A stretch of 60,095 nt of DNA from Nitrosarchaeum sp. Its GTDB lineage: Archaea; Thermoproteota; Nitrososphaeria; Nitrososphaerales; Nitrosopumilaceae. Position 1 is the stretch's first letter. Each line of letters opens with the position of its first letter. The position numbers were made by a program, and so were the translations under genes. The DNA is taken from positions 1-60,095 of the forward strand of contig JAGQHF010000084.1 in assembly GCA_020431985.1 (NCBI GenBank), read 5' to 3'. The notes beneath the pieces were generated by a model. The model was given only the letters and a program-made list of their open reading frames with translations, made no database searches and had not been told where the DNA came from. Shown here piece by piece: positions 9,361 through 19,347 of this stretch.

Positions 9361-10389
9361 TTATTTGGTGATGATGATCTTCATGGCATTTTCGCCAGTT
9401 CGTGCATGATCAAATGCCTTTTGAGAGTCTTGTATTGGGTATGTATGAGTCACAAGTCGTTTGACATCAATCTGTCTCGAGTTAATCATTTCCAAAGCAT
9501 TTTTTGTATCCACATCTGATGCAGCATAACTCGTTACAAGAGTAATTTCTTTGGAGTAAACCTTATTCATATCAAGTTCAATTTTTGCGTCCTTTGATGG
9601 AACGCCAAACATCATGACGGTACCACCTTTTCTTACCATATCAAAAGCATCATCTAATGCTTTGAGACTGCTTGTTGCGACTATTGCCAAGTCAACACCT
9701 TGTCCACTCGTGTTGTCAAGAATCGTCTGCTTCCTGTTTTCATTTGAAGAATGGATGGATTCTGTGATATTGAATTTCTTTGCAAAATCTAGCCTAAAGT
9801 CATTTACGTCAAAGCAGAATATTTTGGAAAAACCCTTTGCTTGTGCAATCATTACATGCATCATTCCAGTCGGCCCTACACCAAAAATTGCAGTTGAGTC
9901 TCCACTTTTGTAGGAGCATTTTTGCCATGCTCTAATGCAACATGCAAGCGGTTCAATCATTGCGGCTTCCTCAAATGTCATAGCATCTGGAAGTTTCAGT
10001 ATTCCACCATTAGACGCATTCCATTCTGGAACCACGTATTCTTCAGAGAGACCACAAGGGGACAAATTTGTTTGATAGTATTTTGGACACATTGTTTCAT
10101 TACCGTGATTACAAAAGTGGCAGTCATAGCAAGGCACATGATGATGTGTGAATACTCTATCACCTTTTTTGAATTCTGTAACGCCAGGGCCAACATCAAT
10201 CACAATGCCAGCTGGTTCATGACCCAGTTTCATAGATGGTTGCCCATACTGACCAAATACTTTTTCCAGATCAGAACCACATATCCCACATGCATGTAGT
10301 TGCACTAGGACATCGCCTGCACTAAGTAAAGGTCTTTCACTTTCATTGATTGAGATTACAGACGATTGTTTGACGGATACAGTTTTCAT
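9361..10389 (-). CDS. Zn-dependent medium-chain dehydrogenase (sorbitol/threonine DH-like)
   Basis: CGICGSD, GHE, CxxCxxC-x7-C, GVGPTG. Confidence 0.9.
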   Translation of the reverse strand: MKTVSVKQSSVISINESERPLLSAGDVLVQLHACGICGSDLEKVFGQYGQPSMKLGHEPAGIVIDVGPGVTEFKKGDRVFTHHHVPCYDCHFCNHGNETMCPKYYQTNLSPCGLSEEYVVPEWNASNGGILKLPDAMTFEEAAMIEPLACCIRAWQKCSYKSGDSTAIFGVGPTGMMHVMIAQAKGFSKIFCFDVNDFRLDFAKKFNITESIHSSNENRKQTILDNTSGQGVDLAIVATSSLKALDDAFDMVRKGGTVMMFGVPSKDAKIELDMNKVYSKEITLVTSYAASDVDTKNALEMINSRQIDVKRLVTHTYPIQDSQKAFDHARTGENAMKIIITK

Positions 10390-10427
10390 GAGATTTATGA
10401 TAGACTAGATTATAAGTAGATTAAATG

Positions 10428-10721
10428 CTACACGCCGAGGATCTTCTTTAACATTACACGGTAGTCAACTTCACTTTTTTCACTACCTGCTGCAGGTAAT
10501 GCAAACACCAAGGTAGATTTTTCTGCCCTTAGTTGCGTTAATTGGTCATTGATAGGTTCTGCAATATCATCACTAACAAGTACTAACCCAACATCGGAGT
10601 CATTCGTAAGTTGTTTGATTTCATCAAATGCCTTTTGTGGTGAATCAGAGATGACGCCAGGTACACCTGCCAATTGAAAACTCGTAACAAAAGACTTGCT
10701 TCCCACTGTGAAGATCTTCAC
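10428..10721 (-). CDS. atpF: A/V-type ATP synthase subunit F
   Basis: From GTG 10721: KIFTVGSKSFVTSFQLAGV...VGLVLVSD...LKKILGV. Confidence 0.8.
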   Translation of the reverse strand: MKIFTVGSKSFVTSFQLAGVPGVISDSPQKAFDEIKQLTNDSDVGLVLVSDDIAEPINDQLTQLRAEKSTLVFALPAAGSEKSEVDYRVMLKKILGV

Positions 10722-10804
10722 AGATATTAGACAGAAAACAGGCAATTTAACCCTTTTTGGCAAAACAGGAAAGATTGATTTAGTTTGAAAAATCAGGTCA
10801 AAGC

Positions 10805-11104
10805 ATGACAGAGATCGATAGCCAAAAAGATGTTTATCTATTCCTTCATGGAAAAATGAACCTTCAAGAAAAGGCAATTAATGCTTTGGCCTCAAAGGGA
10901 TTCTCAAAAGAAAAGATAACGATGGCGTTACCAAACAAGGTGGGAAATATTGGTGACTACATGGCAATGTTGTGGATGCCACCGAATCCAGATCATATCA
11001 AGATTCAACAGATAACCAAAGTTGAAGAGGTAGAGCCAGAAGGCATGATAGGATTATGGAAAGGAGTCTCGAAAGAAGACATTGACACCATACCTTTGGA
11101 ATAA
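10805..11104 (+). CDS. Hypothetical protein
   Basis: ORF track; fills the gap divergent from atpF. Confidence 0.7.
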   Translation: MTEIDSQKDVYLFLHGKMNLQEKAINALASKGFSKEKITMALPNKVGNIGDYMAMLWMPPNPDHIKIQQITKVEEVEPEGMIGLWKGVSKEDIDTIPLE

Positions 11105-11356
11105 CTAGCTGAATCCTGCCCCAAATTGGTCTCCCTTTTGCAGAGGGTCACCAGAATCTGAATTTTTTAATTTTCTATAAAGTAGGGATTCATACACCAA
11201 TTTCATAGCATCGTCATCATCAAGATCGTAATCAGTTTTTGCTTGTTCCTTGTATTTTTCTAATTTTTGAGAATCCTGCTCATCATAGGATATGCCATCA
11301 TGAATCATGAGGTTGGCAATCTTTTCAATTTCGTCATTGTATTGATTTTCATCCAT
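11105..11356 (-). CDS. Acidic hypothetical protein
   Basis: ORF track; TATA-like box about 25 nt upstream. Confidence 0.7.
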   Translation of the reverse strand: MDENQYNDEIEKIANLMIHDGISYDEQDSQKLEKYKEQAKTDYDLDDDDAMKLVYESLLYRKLKNSDSGDPLQKGDQFGAGFS

Positions 11357-11394
11357 GATAATACAACGAATTTCTAGTTATTAATAAATTCGAA

Positions 11395-11706
11395 TCAAAT
11401 ACAACATAAATCGGAGGCAAGTCCAGACACAAAATCCATGTATTCATCATCGGAAAAAATGATTGGTTCAGATTTGTGCTCACCTTTTGCAATAGTCAGT
11501 GAATCTAAATGATAACAGCTTTTCTTTCCATTTATGTAACCAAAGTAAAATCCCGGACAAGAGCAATACTTGGAATCAGGATCAATCCAGTACTCCCTGC
11601 CAAACCCCACTGCAGTCCATATTTTTCTTTGACTTGGCTCAAAAACATGGATCTTTATCCGCTTTTGTGATATCATTAATTCTATTTTTTCAGAGCTGGA
11701 ACTCAC
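11395..11706 (-). CDS. SWIM zinc-finger protein
   Basis: CSCPGF...CYH (CxC...CxH). Confidence 0.75.
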   Translation of the reverse strand: MSSSSEKIELMISQKRIKIHVFEPSQRKIWTAVGFGREYWIDPDSKYCSCPGFYFGYINGKKSCYHLDSLTIAKGEHKSEPIIFSDDEYMDFVSGLASDLCCI

Positions 11707-11737
11707 AAGAATTTAATTCTCAACGTAGTGTATATCT

Positions 11738-12490
11738 TTGATGTTCCGTACCAGAATTATTCCATCAAAACCAGTGCTCATTTTGGAGGGAAATGAAAAG
11801 AATATGGTGGTTACAGATCTACACATAGGTTTTGAGAATAGTCTTACATCAAACGAGATATTCATAGGGAAAAACACTTCAATTAATGAAACAATCGAGG
11901 ACATTGTTGAAACTATACGTATTGAGAAACCAGATTCGGTAATATTGTTAGGAGACATAAAATCAAACATAAAAAACATTTCAAAAAATGAATGGAATGA
12001 TGTGCCATTGTTTTTTGAAAAAATTCAAAATGAAGCAAATGTGATTGTAATTCCTGGAAACCATGATTCCAATATCCAAAAATTGATATCTAATAAAACA
12101 ATAATGACTAGTTCGACCGGAATGATACTAGAAGACACATTGTTGACTCACGGACATACAATGCCATCTGAAAATTATTCTCATGTAAATAAAATTATCA
12201 TGGGACATGTGCATCCTGTTTATTTTAATGAAGAATCTGTGTTGAATGGACAGAGAGTCTGGGTGTCATTAAAGACAGATAAACAAATCATTTTTCCTGA
12301 CAAAACAGGAGAAATAGAGATAACAATAATTCCATCATTTAACCGATACTTCTTTGCAACACAAAAGAGGAAGTATAGAAAATCAATTTCACCCATAATT
12401 GAAAGAATAAAGAATATTTCAACAGCAAGAATTGTTACGCTTGATGGTACAATAATAGGAGATGAATCAATTATTGATAAAGTACTATGA
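11738..12490 (+). CDS. Calcineurin-like metallophosphoesterase
   Basis: DLHIG, LGD, GNHD, THGH, GHVHP motifs. Confidence 0.88.
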   Translation: MMFRTRIIPSKPVLILEGNEKNMVVTDLHIGFENSLTSNEIFIGKNTSINETIEDIVETIRIEKPDSVILLGDIKSNIKNISKNEWNDVPLFFEKIQNEANVIVIPGNHDSNIQKLISNKTIMTSSTGMILEDTLLTHGHTMPSENYSHVNKIIMGHVHPVYFNEESVLNGQRVWVSLKTDKQIIFPDKTGEIEITIIPSFNRYFFATQKRKYRKSISPIIERIKNISTARIVTLDGTIIGDESIIDKVL

Positions 12491-12510
12491 TGCGGTTTCC
12501 AGATAAAATA

Positions 12511-15500
12511 CTACAGTTTGTCGTATGGTTCTATTGGATCCTTGGTTGTGTTGTTATCTCGGAGCCATTCTAGTGTTTTCACAAAAGAATCTGCCAGTTC
12601 TATAGTGGTCAATACGGGAATGCCAAGCTCTAGAGATTTTCTTCGTATTTGGTATTCATCATACAGCATTCCAACATATTTTTCCAAGGTGGAGGTGCTA
12701 GGAATGTTTATGATAAAATCAATTTTTCGCTGGTAAAGGAGATCTGCGATGTTAGGTTTGCGTTCCGGTTCAGATATTTTATGCACCACTTTGATTTGAC
12801 CAAGTTTTTCCTCAAAGAATTCAGCTGTGTGTTCTGTTGCCAATATCTCAAATCCTAGATTTTTTAACCTAGCTATAGTCTGCAATAATTTTTCTTTGTT
12901 TTCTGCACCACCTACGGTTACAAGAGCTGTACCGCTCTCAGGGAGGTTATAACCTACAGAAGTTAGGCCCTTTGCGAGTGCATCATAAAAGCTATTTCCA
13001 AAACATGCAGCCTCACCAGTAGATTGCATTTCCACACCTAGAGCAATATCTGCTCCATCTAACTGCATAAATGAGAATTGAGGTACTTTGATTCCAAAGT
13101 TTGGAATTTTCTGCCATTTGTTTTCTGGAACAGATGGCAACTGTTTTCCCAAGATGGCCTTTGATGCCAGAGATATTAGATTGGTCTTTACAAGTTTAGA
13201 TACAAACGGCATCGATCTTGATGCTCTTATGTTAAGTTCGATCACATAGACAACGTCATTGTGAATCAAAAATTGAAGGTTAAATGGACCTATAACTTTG
13301 AACGTTGTTGCAATCTTTTTCGTGTACTCTGTTATAGTCTCAATGGTTTTATTGCTTAATCGCCAAGGAGGGATACACATCATGGCATCACCGGAGTGAA
13401 CGCCTGCACTGTCTATGTGTTCAACAATTGCTCCAATTACCACATCTTTTCCATTGCTTATGCCATCAACATCTACCTCAAGTGAATTTAGCATGAATTT
13501 GGAGATCACCACAGGGTGATCAGGTGAAACATCTGTTGCCTCCTTGACATATGTTTTGAGTTCATCTTGAGACCAGACAACCTTCATGGCTGCTCCAGAG
13601 AGTACGTATGAGGGTCTAACGATTACTGGGAATTGAACCTCTTGAGCAAAATTTTTCGCTTCATTTAGGTTTGAAAATGCTTGCCAACGTGGTTGTTGTA
13701 TGTGTAACTTGTCAAGTTCAGCACTAAACTTGGATCGATCCTCAGCCCTGTCGACATCATAGGCACTTGTTCCAAATATTTTTACACCATGTTCTGCAAG
13801 CCCCAGAGTCAAGTTGTTGGCAGTTTGTCCTCCGACACATGTGATAATGCCTTTAGGATTTTCAAACTCCGCAATATCTAAAATTCTTTCTTGGGTCAAT
13901 TCTTCAAAATATAATCTGGTGCATATATCATAATCAGTGGATACAGTTTCAGGATTACAGTTTACCACAGACACATTTTTTTCCCCATTCTCTTGTAGAC
14001 CCCAAACCATGTTGACAGTTCCCCAATCAAATTCGACACTACTTCCAATCCTATATGGACCTGCACCTACAACAACTATACCCTTATCATCATCAGGGAT
14101 TTGAATGTCATGAGAATTGCCACCATATGTGAGATAAAGGTAATTTGTCACAGCAGGCCACTCAGCTGCAAGCGTGTCAATTTGCTTGACAGATGGAAGA
14201 ACACTATTTTTTTTGCGTAAATTTCTTACGTCGTCAGGAGATATGTTTTTTGATCTTCCAATTTGCCTGTCTGAAAAACCCATCTTCTTGGCTTCCCATA
14301 GCATTTCCTTGTTTAGTTTAGAATTGCCAAGCTTTTGCTCGATGTTTGTGATGTTTTGTATCTTTTCAATAAACCATGGATCAATTGCTGAAAGTTTGTA
14401 GATACGCTCTACAGAAATCCCCATTTTTAATGCAACTGCGACATGATATAGTATCTGATCGTTGGCATGAGAAAGCTTGTCTTCAATTTCTTCTTCGGTA
14501 TAGGATTGGCCATTCTGTCGGTTTAGAACTAGACCATCGTTTCCAATATCAAGCATACGTATGGCCTTTTGTAAAGATTCTTCAAAGGTTCTCCCTACAG
14601 CCATTACCTCTCCCACGGATTTCATAGTTGGTCCGAGTCTTCTATTTACCAATTCAAATTTTGAAAAATCCCACCGAGGATGTTTACATACAATGTAATC
14701 AAGAGAAGGTTCAAAACATGCTGTTGTGCTTTTTGTGATTCGGTTGACAAGTTCAGAGAGATCATATCCTAATCCAATTTTTGCGGACATGTATGCAAGA
14801 GGGTACCCAGTAGCCTTGCTGGCGAGGGCAGATGATCTTGATAGTCTAGGATTTATCTCGATTGCAACATACTTGTCAGATTCCGGATCTAGTGCATACT
14901 GTATATTACATTCACCAACGATTCCAACGTGTTTGGTTGCACGCAGAGCTGCAGAGCGCAGCATGTGATACTCGTGGTTATCAATTGTCTGAGATGGTGC
15001 GACAACAATGTTGTCTCCAGTATGCACTTTCATCGAGAGAACATTTTCCATGTTACAAACAATGACATTATTGCCTCCATAATCTTGCATCACCTCATAC
15101 TCGATTTGCTTCCAATGTCCCACATACTCCTCTATCAACACTTGTCCCACAAGGCTTGCTTTGAGTCCCCTTTCGACAATTTCATGCAGTTCAATTTCAT
15201 TAAATGCAACTCCACCACCTTTTCCTCCCAGTGTATATGCTACTCGGATAATTACAGGATAGCCTAATTCACTTGCAATCTTTTTTGCATCTTCAAAGTT
15301 TGTAACTGTCTTGCTCTTCAATACAGGGACACCGCATTCGTTCATAGAATCCTTGAAAAGCTGTCTGTCCTCAGTTCTTTGGATTCCAGGAATTTGGGTT
15401 CCAAGCACCTTTACACCATATTTTTCAAGCATTCCATGTTCTGAGACCTTGATTCCACAGTTCAGTGCTGTTTGTCCTCCATATGCAAGCATTATTCCAT

Positions 15501-15771
15501 CTGGTCGTTCTTTTTCGATTATAGATTCCACATACTCAGGGGTAACAGGCAGTAAGTAGACCTGATTCGCAAACCTAGTGTCAGTTTGGATAGTAGCAAT
15601 GTTAGGGTTGATCAGTACACTCTTCAAACCATCCTCATGTATGGCTTTGAGGCATTGGCTTCCGGAGTAGTCAAATTGACGGTCGTTTTAGCGACTTTCG
15701 CCGGCTTCTCCGATTTTTATTGCCCCACTACCAAGTACAAGGATTTTGTTTATCGATTCATTCTTGGTCAG
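12511..15771 (-). CDS. carB: Carbamoyl-phosphate synthase large subunit; predicted two exons (15771-15697 and 15675-12511), 1079 aa after splicing
   Basis: The track ORF (from 15627) lacks the N-terminus. The upstream in-frame segment LTKNESINKILVLGSGAIKIGEAGE plus FDYSGSQCLKA... is the conserved CarB start, separated by a 21-nt insert containing TAA. Confidence 0.9.
15676..15696 (-). other. Putative 21-nt bulge-helix-bulge-type pre-mRNA intron in carB
   Basis: mRNA GGCG AA^A GUCG CUAAAA CGAC CGUC AA^U UUGAC: 4-bp central helix GGCG/CGUC, 3-nt bulge, GUCG/CGAC stem; removal gives GAA UUU GAC (E-F-D). Confidence 0.8.
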
Positions 15772-16930
15772 ACTTTTTTTCCTCCATTAGTTCTCTGAGT
15801 TCTTCAAAGACGAACTTACAATCATAGGGTCCTGGGGATGCCTCAGGATGAAACTGTACTGCAATACAATTGCGAGTTTTGTGTTTTATTCCCTCGACTG
15901 TGTGGTCGTCTGCATTCTTAAACCATAAATCAAATTCAGATGTTTCCAAAGACTCAGGGGCAATCCCATATCCATGGTTTTGGCTTGTAACGTATACTTG
16001 TTTATTTTCTAGATTGACACAGGGTTTGTTCTGACCTCTGTGCCCATATTTTAGCTTGTATGTTTTGGTGTTTCCAGCAAGGCCAATAATTTGAGCACCC
16101 AAACATATCCCAAGTGTTGGGATATTATTTGATATTAACTTCTTTGCCGTTTCAATCGTGACTGGACAGTTCTGAGGATCTCCGGGTCCATTGCTAATAA
16201 CTACACCCTGGGGGTTGTAAGAAAGGATTTGCTCAAAAGAAGCATTCCAAGGAAGTTTTACAACTTTGTAGCCTATCTCTCTTATGTTTCGAATGATTGC
16301 ATTTTTTGCACCAGTGTCTATCACCACTACTGATTTATCATTAGAGCCATAGATTTTCTCTTCTTTTGTAGAAACTACATTCATGAATTGTTCATCGTTG
16401 TAATTAGGAGATTTTGTAAGCTGAGCCTTCACTGCATCAACATCAATTTCTTTATCTGAAACCACCAAAGCTGCCATCATCACTCCATTTGTCCTTAATT
16501 TCTTTGTAAGCTCCCTTGTGTCAATGCCAGATATGCCCGGAATTTTTTCATTGTAAAGCCATTCATCAAGGGTCATAGAAAGGTTCCAATGGCTTGCAGT
16601 AAGTGAGAGTTCATGAACCACAAGACCCCGTATCTGTATTTTATCTGATTCAAAATATTTGGATATGCCGTCTTCGTCTTTGTCAGAGGGATCAGGAACG
16701 CCATAATTACCAACTAGTGGATAAGTCAAAGTAAGAATTTGGCCACTGTATGAAGGATCAGTCAGAGTTTCATTATATCCGACCATTCCGGTGTTAAAAA
16801 CAATCTCACCAAACGTCGTAGTAGAGTAACCAAACCCCATTCCACTAAGAACGGTTCCATCGTCTAAGATCAGTTTGCCATACTTGTTTGCATGGTTAGA
16901 TTTTTTGGTAGTAATTGTGACCCTCGACAA
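15758..16930 (-). CDS. carA: Carbamoyl-phosphate synthase small subunit
   Basis: GEIVFNTGMVGY, SNGPGDP, GICLG, QFHPEASPGP. Confidence 0.95.
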   Translation of the reverse strand: MSRVTITTKKSNHANKYGKLILDDGTVLSGMGFGYSTTTFGEIVFNTGMVGYNETLTDPSYSGQILTLTYPLVGNYGVPDPSDKDEDGISKYFESDKIQIRGLVVHELSLTASHWNLSMTLDEWLYNEKIPGISGIDTRELTKKLRTNGVMMAALVVSDKEIDVDAVKAQLTKSPNYNDEQFMNVVSTKEEKIYGSNDKSVVVIDTGAKNAIIRNIREIGYKVVKLPWNASFEQILSYNPQGVVISNGPGDPQNCPVTIETAKKLISNNIPTLGICLGAQIIGLAGNTKTYKLKYGHRGQNKPCVNLENKQVYVTSQNHGYGIAPESLETSEFDLWFKNADDHTVEGIKHKTRNCIAVQFHPEASPGPYDCKFVFEELRELMEEKKSDQE

Positions 16931-16977
16931 GTTCTAGACATTGCCGATTTAAGTTTTTGGAACTATGATCGCTAAAT

Positions 16978-18171
16978 TTACAGTGCTCGGAACTCTTCGC
17001 TCCACTTGTGATATGCTCTTATCATCTCCAAAGAGACGCTGGGTTTTCTTCTAGACATAATATCTCTAAAATCAGAAGTAGTAAGGTCACGAGTATTTTG
17101 TTGTGGTTCACCATCTACGGGCTCATGATAGTCAGGAGAGTCAAATAACTCATGCACTGTTTTTAGGTGTGCGGCTTGACAAACATCTTTGATATCAGAT
17201 GCACTATATCCATCAAACATCTTTGAGAGATCTCTTGGGTTGACTCCTGAATCTAGTCTTAGATCTCGCGTATATTGCTGGAAAAGGTTTTCTCTTGCCT
17301 CTTGAGTGGGAAGTGAGACATAAATTCTCTTTTGGAATCTTCTAAGAAATGGCCAATCAAGGCTCCATGGTTTGTTGGTTGCTCCAACTACATACATCAT
17401 TAGATCTTTTCCCTTACCATTTACTCCATCCATTTCGGTGAGAAACTGGTTCTTAGTTCGAATTTCTCCTCCTACCTCACTGTTTCTTGAACCCAGTAAA
17501 GAATCCACTTCATCGACAAACAAAATGACGGGTTTTCCTTCTTTTTCAGCATATCGTCTTGCCATCCTAAATAATTTTGATACATTTTTTTCAGCCTCTC
17601 CCAACCATTTGCTCATCATGGATGATGCATCAACGTTTATGAAATAACCATCCATTTCACTTGCGGTGGCAGCAGCTAGCATGGTTTTACCAGTTCCTGG
17701 AGGTCCATACAGCAGCATTCCTTTTGGCCATCCAAGAGGAAACAAGTCAGGTCGTTTTGTTGGGTAAACAATAGATTCGCGTAATGCACTTTTTGCATCC
17801 TCTAGTCCAATTACCTCAGACCAGCTAACATTTGGTTTTTCTTTCAGGACAAGTTCTTCAAAATCGTTCTCATCCTCTTGTCTTTGAACAGATGCCTTTT
17901 GTTCCTCGGGTGTAGCCTTTGGATCAATTGCAGGCTCTACCCCGTGTGCTTCTTGTAATGCCTTGATTCTATTATGATAAGAAGTGCATCTTTCTTTGTA
18001 GATAGGGTTAAGTTTGCTGTTTGGATATAATTGTAATAATTTGACTAGTGCATCTATTGCATGTTGATAGTTTGCAATTGCCATGCCTCTGGCACCTTGA
18101 GAATCAAACTTGATTGCCTCAGAGGCATACTTGCTTGCATTATTTTCTAATTCTTGTGGGGCCAGACTCAT
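16978..18171 (-). CDS. cdvC: Vps4-like AAA ATPase, cell division protein CdvC
   Basis: N-terminal MIT-like helices, GPPGTGKT, FVDEVD, ATNKPWSLD...RRFQKRIY. Confidence 0.88.
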   Translation of the reverse strand: MSLAPQELENNASKYASEAIKFDSQGARGMAIANYQHAIDALVKLLQLYPNSKLNPIYKERCTSYHNRIKALQEAHGVEPAIDPKATPEEQKASVQRQEDENDFEELVLKEKPNVSWSEVIGLEDAKSALRESIVYPTKRPDLFPLGWPKGMLLYGPPGTGKTMLAAATASEMDGYFINVDASSMMSKWLGEAEKNVSKLFRMARRYAEKEGKPVILFVDEVDSLLGSRNSEVGGEIRTKNQFLTEMDGVNGKGKDLMMYVVGATNKPWSLDWPFLRRFQKRIYVSLPTQEARENLFQQYTRDLRLDSGVNPRDLSKMFDGYSASDIKDVCQAAHLKTVHELFDSPDYHEPVDGEPQQNTRDLTTSDFRDIMSRRKPSVSLEMIRAYHKWSEEFRAL

Positions 18172-18180
18172 CTATACTAC

Positions 18181-18648
18181 CTATTCAGTCTTCTCTTGAG
18201 AATTTACTTGGTATCCTACAGTGTTAATCTCTGTAGTAAAATTAGTTAAATTAATTGAACCATTATTACTCCGAAGGTCACATTTTTCCGAAATGTGACA
18301 GTTGGCATCTTTCAATTTGTTGATGGAATCTTCAGCAGACATGATGAGCTCTGAGATTTCATCATCCAAACCTTCAATTGATTGGGAGGATTCGTCGATT
18401 ATACTTACAAAATACTGCAGTATAGAGCGTGTCTCTTTTTTTTCCTCGTATTTGTAAAGCAGGAAATTTGCCAGTCCAAGGATTTTGCCAATATCCTGTA
18501 GTTCCTCAAGCGACAGTTTTTCTATTTTCGAGTCATCAGGTATATTTGATTGAGATATCCTATCATCAATTTTCTTAGATAGTGTTCTTATTTTTTCAAG
18601 GTCTCTAGAAAAGTCTAATTTTCTATTTAAAATATTCAAGCGGTTCAT
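18181..18648 (-). CDS. Helical hypothetical protein in the cdv cluster
   Basis: ORF track; ATGA overlap with the upstream gene. Confidence 0.65.
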   Translation of the reverse strand: MNRLNILNRKLDFSRDLEKIRTLSKKIDDRISQSNIPDDSKIEKLSLEELQDIGKILGLANFLLYKYEEKKETRSILQYFVSIIDESSQSIEGLDDEISELIMSAEDSINKLKDANCHISEKCDLRSNNGSINLTNFTTEINTVGYQVNSQEKTE

Positions 18649-19190
18649 TGTTTGAGAATTTCAAGATTAGGATACTGCTTATCTATTTTAGAGTCCACCA
18701 TCAACTTTACTTTATCCAGCAAAGCTTCGGCTTCGTAGTTAAGATTGTTGAAATCAAATTGGGCCTTTGTGAGTGTAGCACTATCAAGAACAATACTTCC
18801 CAAGTGAACAGACAATTCAGATAGTTTCCTGCTAGATGTAGGAGATAATTCATGTAAACAGGCACTGATTGTGCGCATGATTATTACTGCGTAAGCCATG
18901 GTTTTTGGTATATCCATAATATTACATATCATTGATGATCTTTTTTTGATTTGACATAAAATTTCTAGCGAAAAACACACGGTTTTTTCTTCAGCCAGTG
19001 CTTGTTCTAAGACATTATCATTTACTGAGTTTTCAAGCATGGCACGAGTGGAGTTTTGTACCTCAGTTTTAGCCTGTTTTAGTGATTCAATGATAGAGTC
19101 TAGTAGAACAAGGGAATAATCAAGTCTTGGAACAAGAGAGGAGTTTTGAAGTACATTGTTACATATTTCTTTGAGGATATTGGAATTCAT
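18645..19190 (-). CDS. Divergent ESCRT-III/Snf7 (CdvB-like) paralogue
   Basis: Helical pattern resembling thaumarchaeal CdvB (LVPRLD..., SLEILCQIKKR..., EAEALLDKV...KQYPNL); two genes upstream of cdvC. Confidence 0.5.
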   Translation of the reverse strand: MNSNILKEICNNVLQNSSLVPRLDYSLVLLDSIIESLKQAKTEVQNSTRAMLENSVNDNVLEQALAEEKTVCFSLEILCQIKKRSSMICNIMDIPKTMAYAVIIMRTISACLHELSPTSSRKLSELSVHLGSIVLDSATLTKAQFDFNNLNYEAEALLDKVKLMVDSKIDKQYPNLEILKQ

Positions 19191-19347
19191 CGAATTGGTT
19201 ATCAGAATTACTTATTTTAGGCACGTGTCACAAATAATATGGTAACCACAGTAACGTAGTACTGTAGATACAGTTTGGAATTTTTTTGAGTATTTGTGTA
19301 AAGGAATTTAGCTCTCGATTTTACCTAATCAGAAAAAAAAGGAATCC

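Noticed and set aside
10722-10877. N-terminal extension of atpF in the ORF track
   Set aside because: Overlaps the divergent gene and promoter; homology pattern begins at GTG 10721
12511-15627. ORF-track carB starting at TTG 15627, or carB as a pseudogene
   Set aside because: It omits the conserved N-terminal 41 residues found in frame upstream; the rest of the gene is intact and the interruption has a precise splice-like structure
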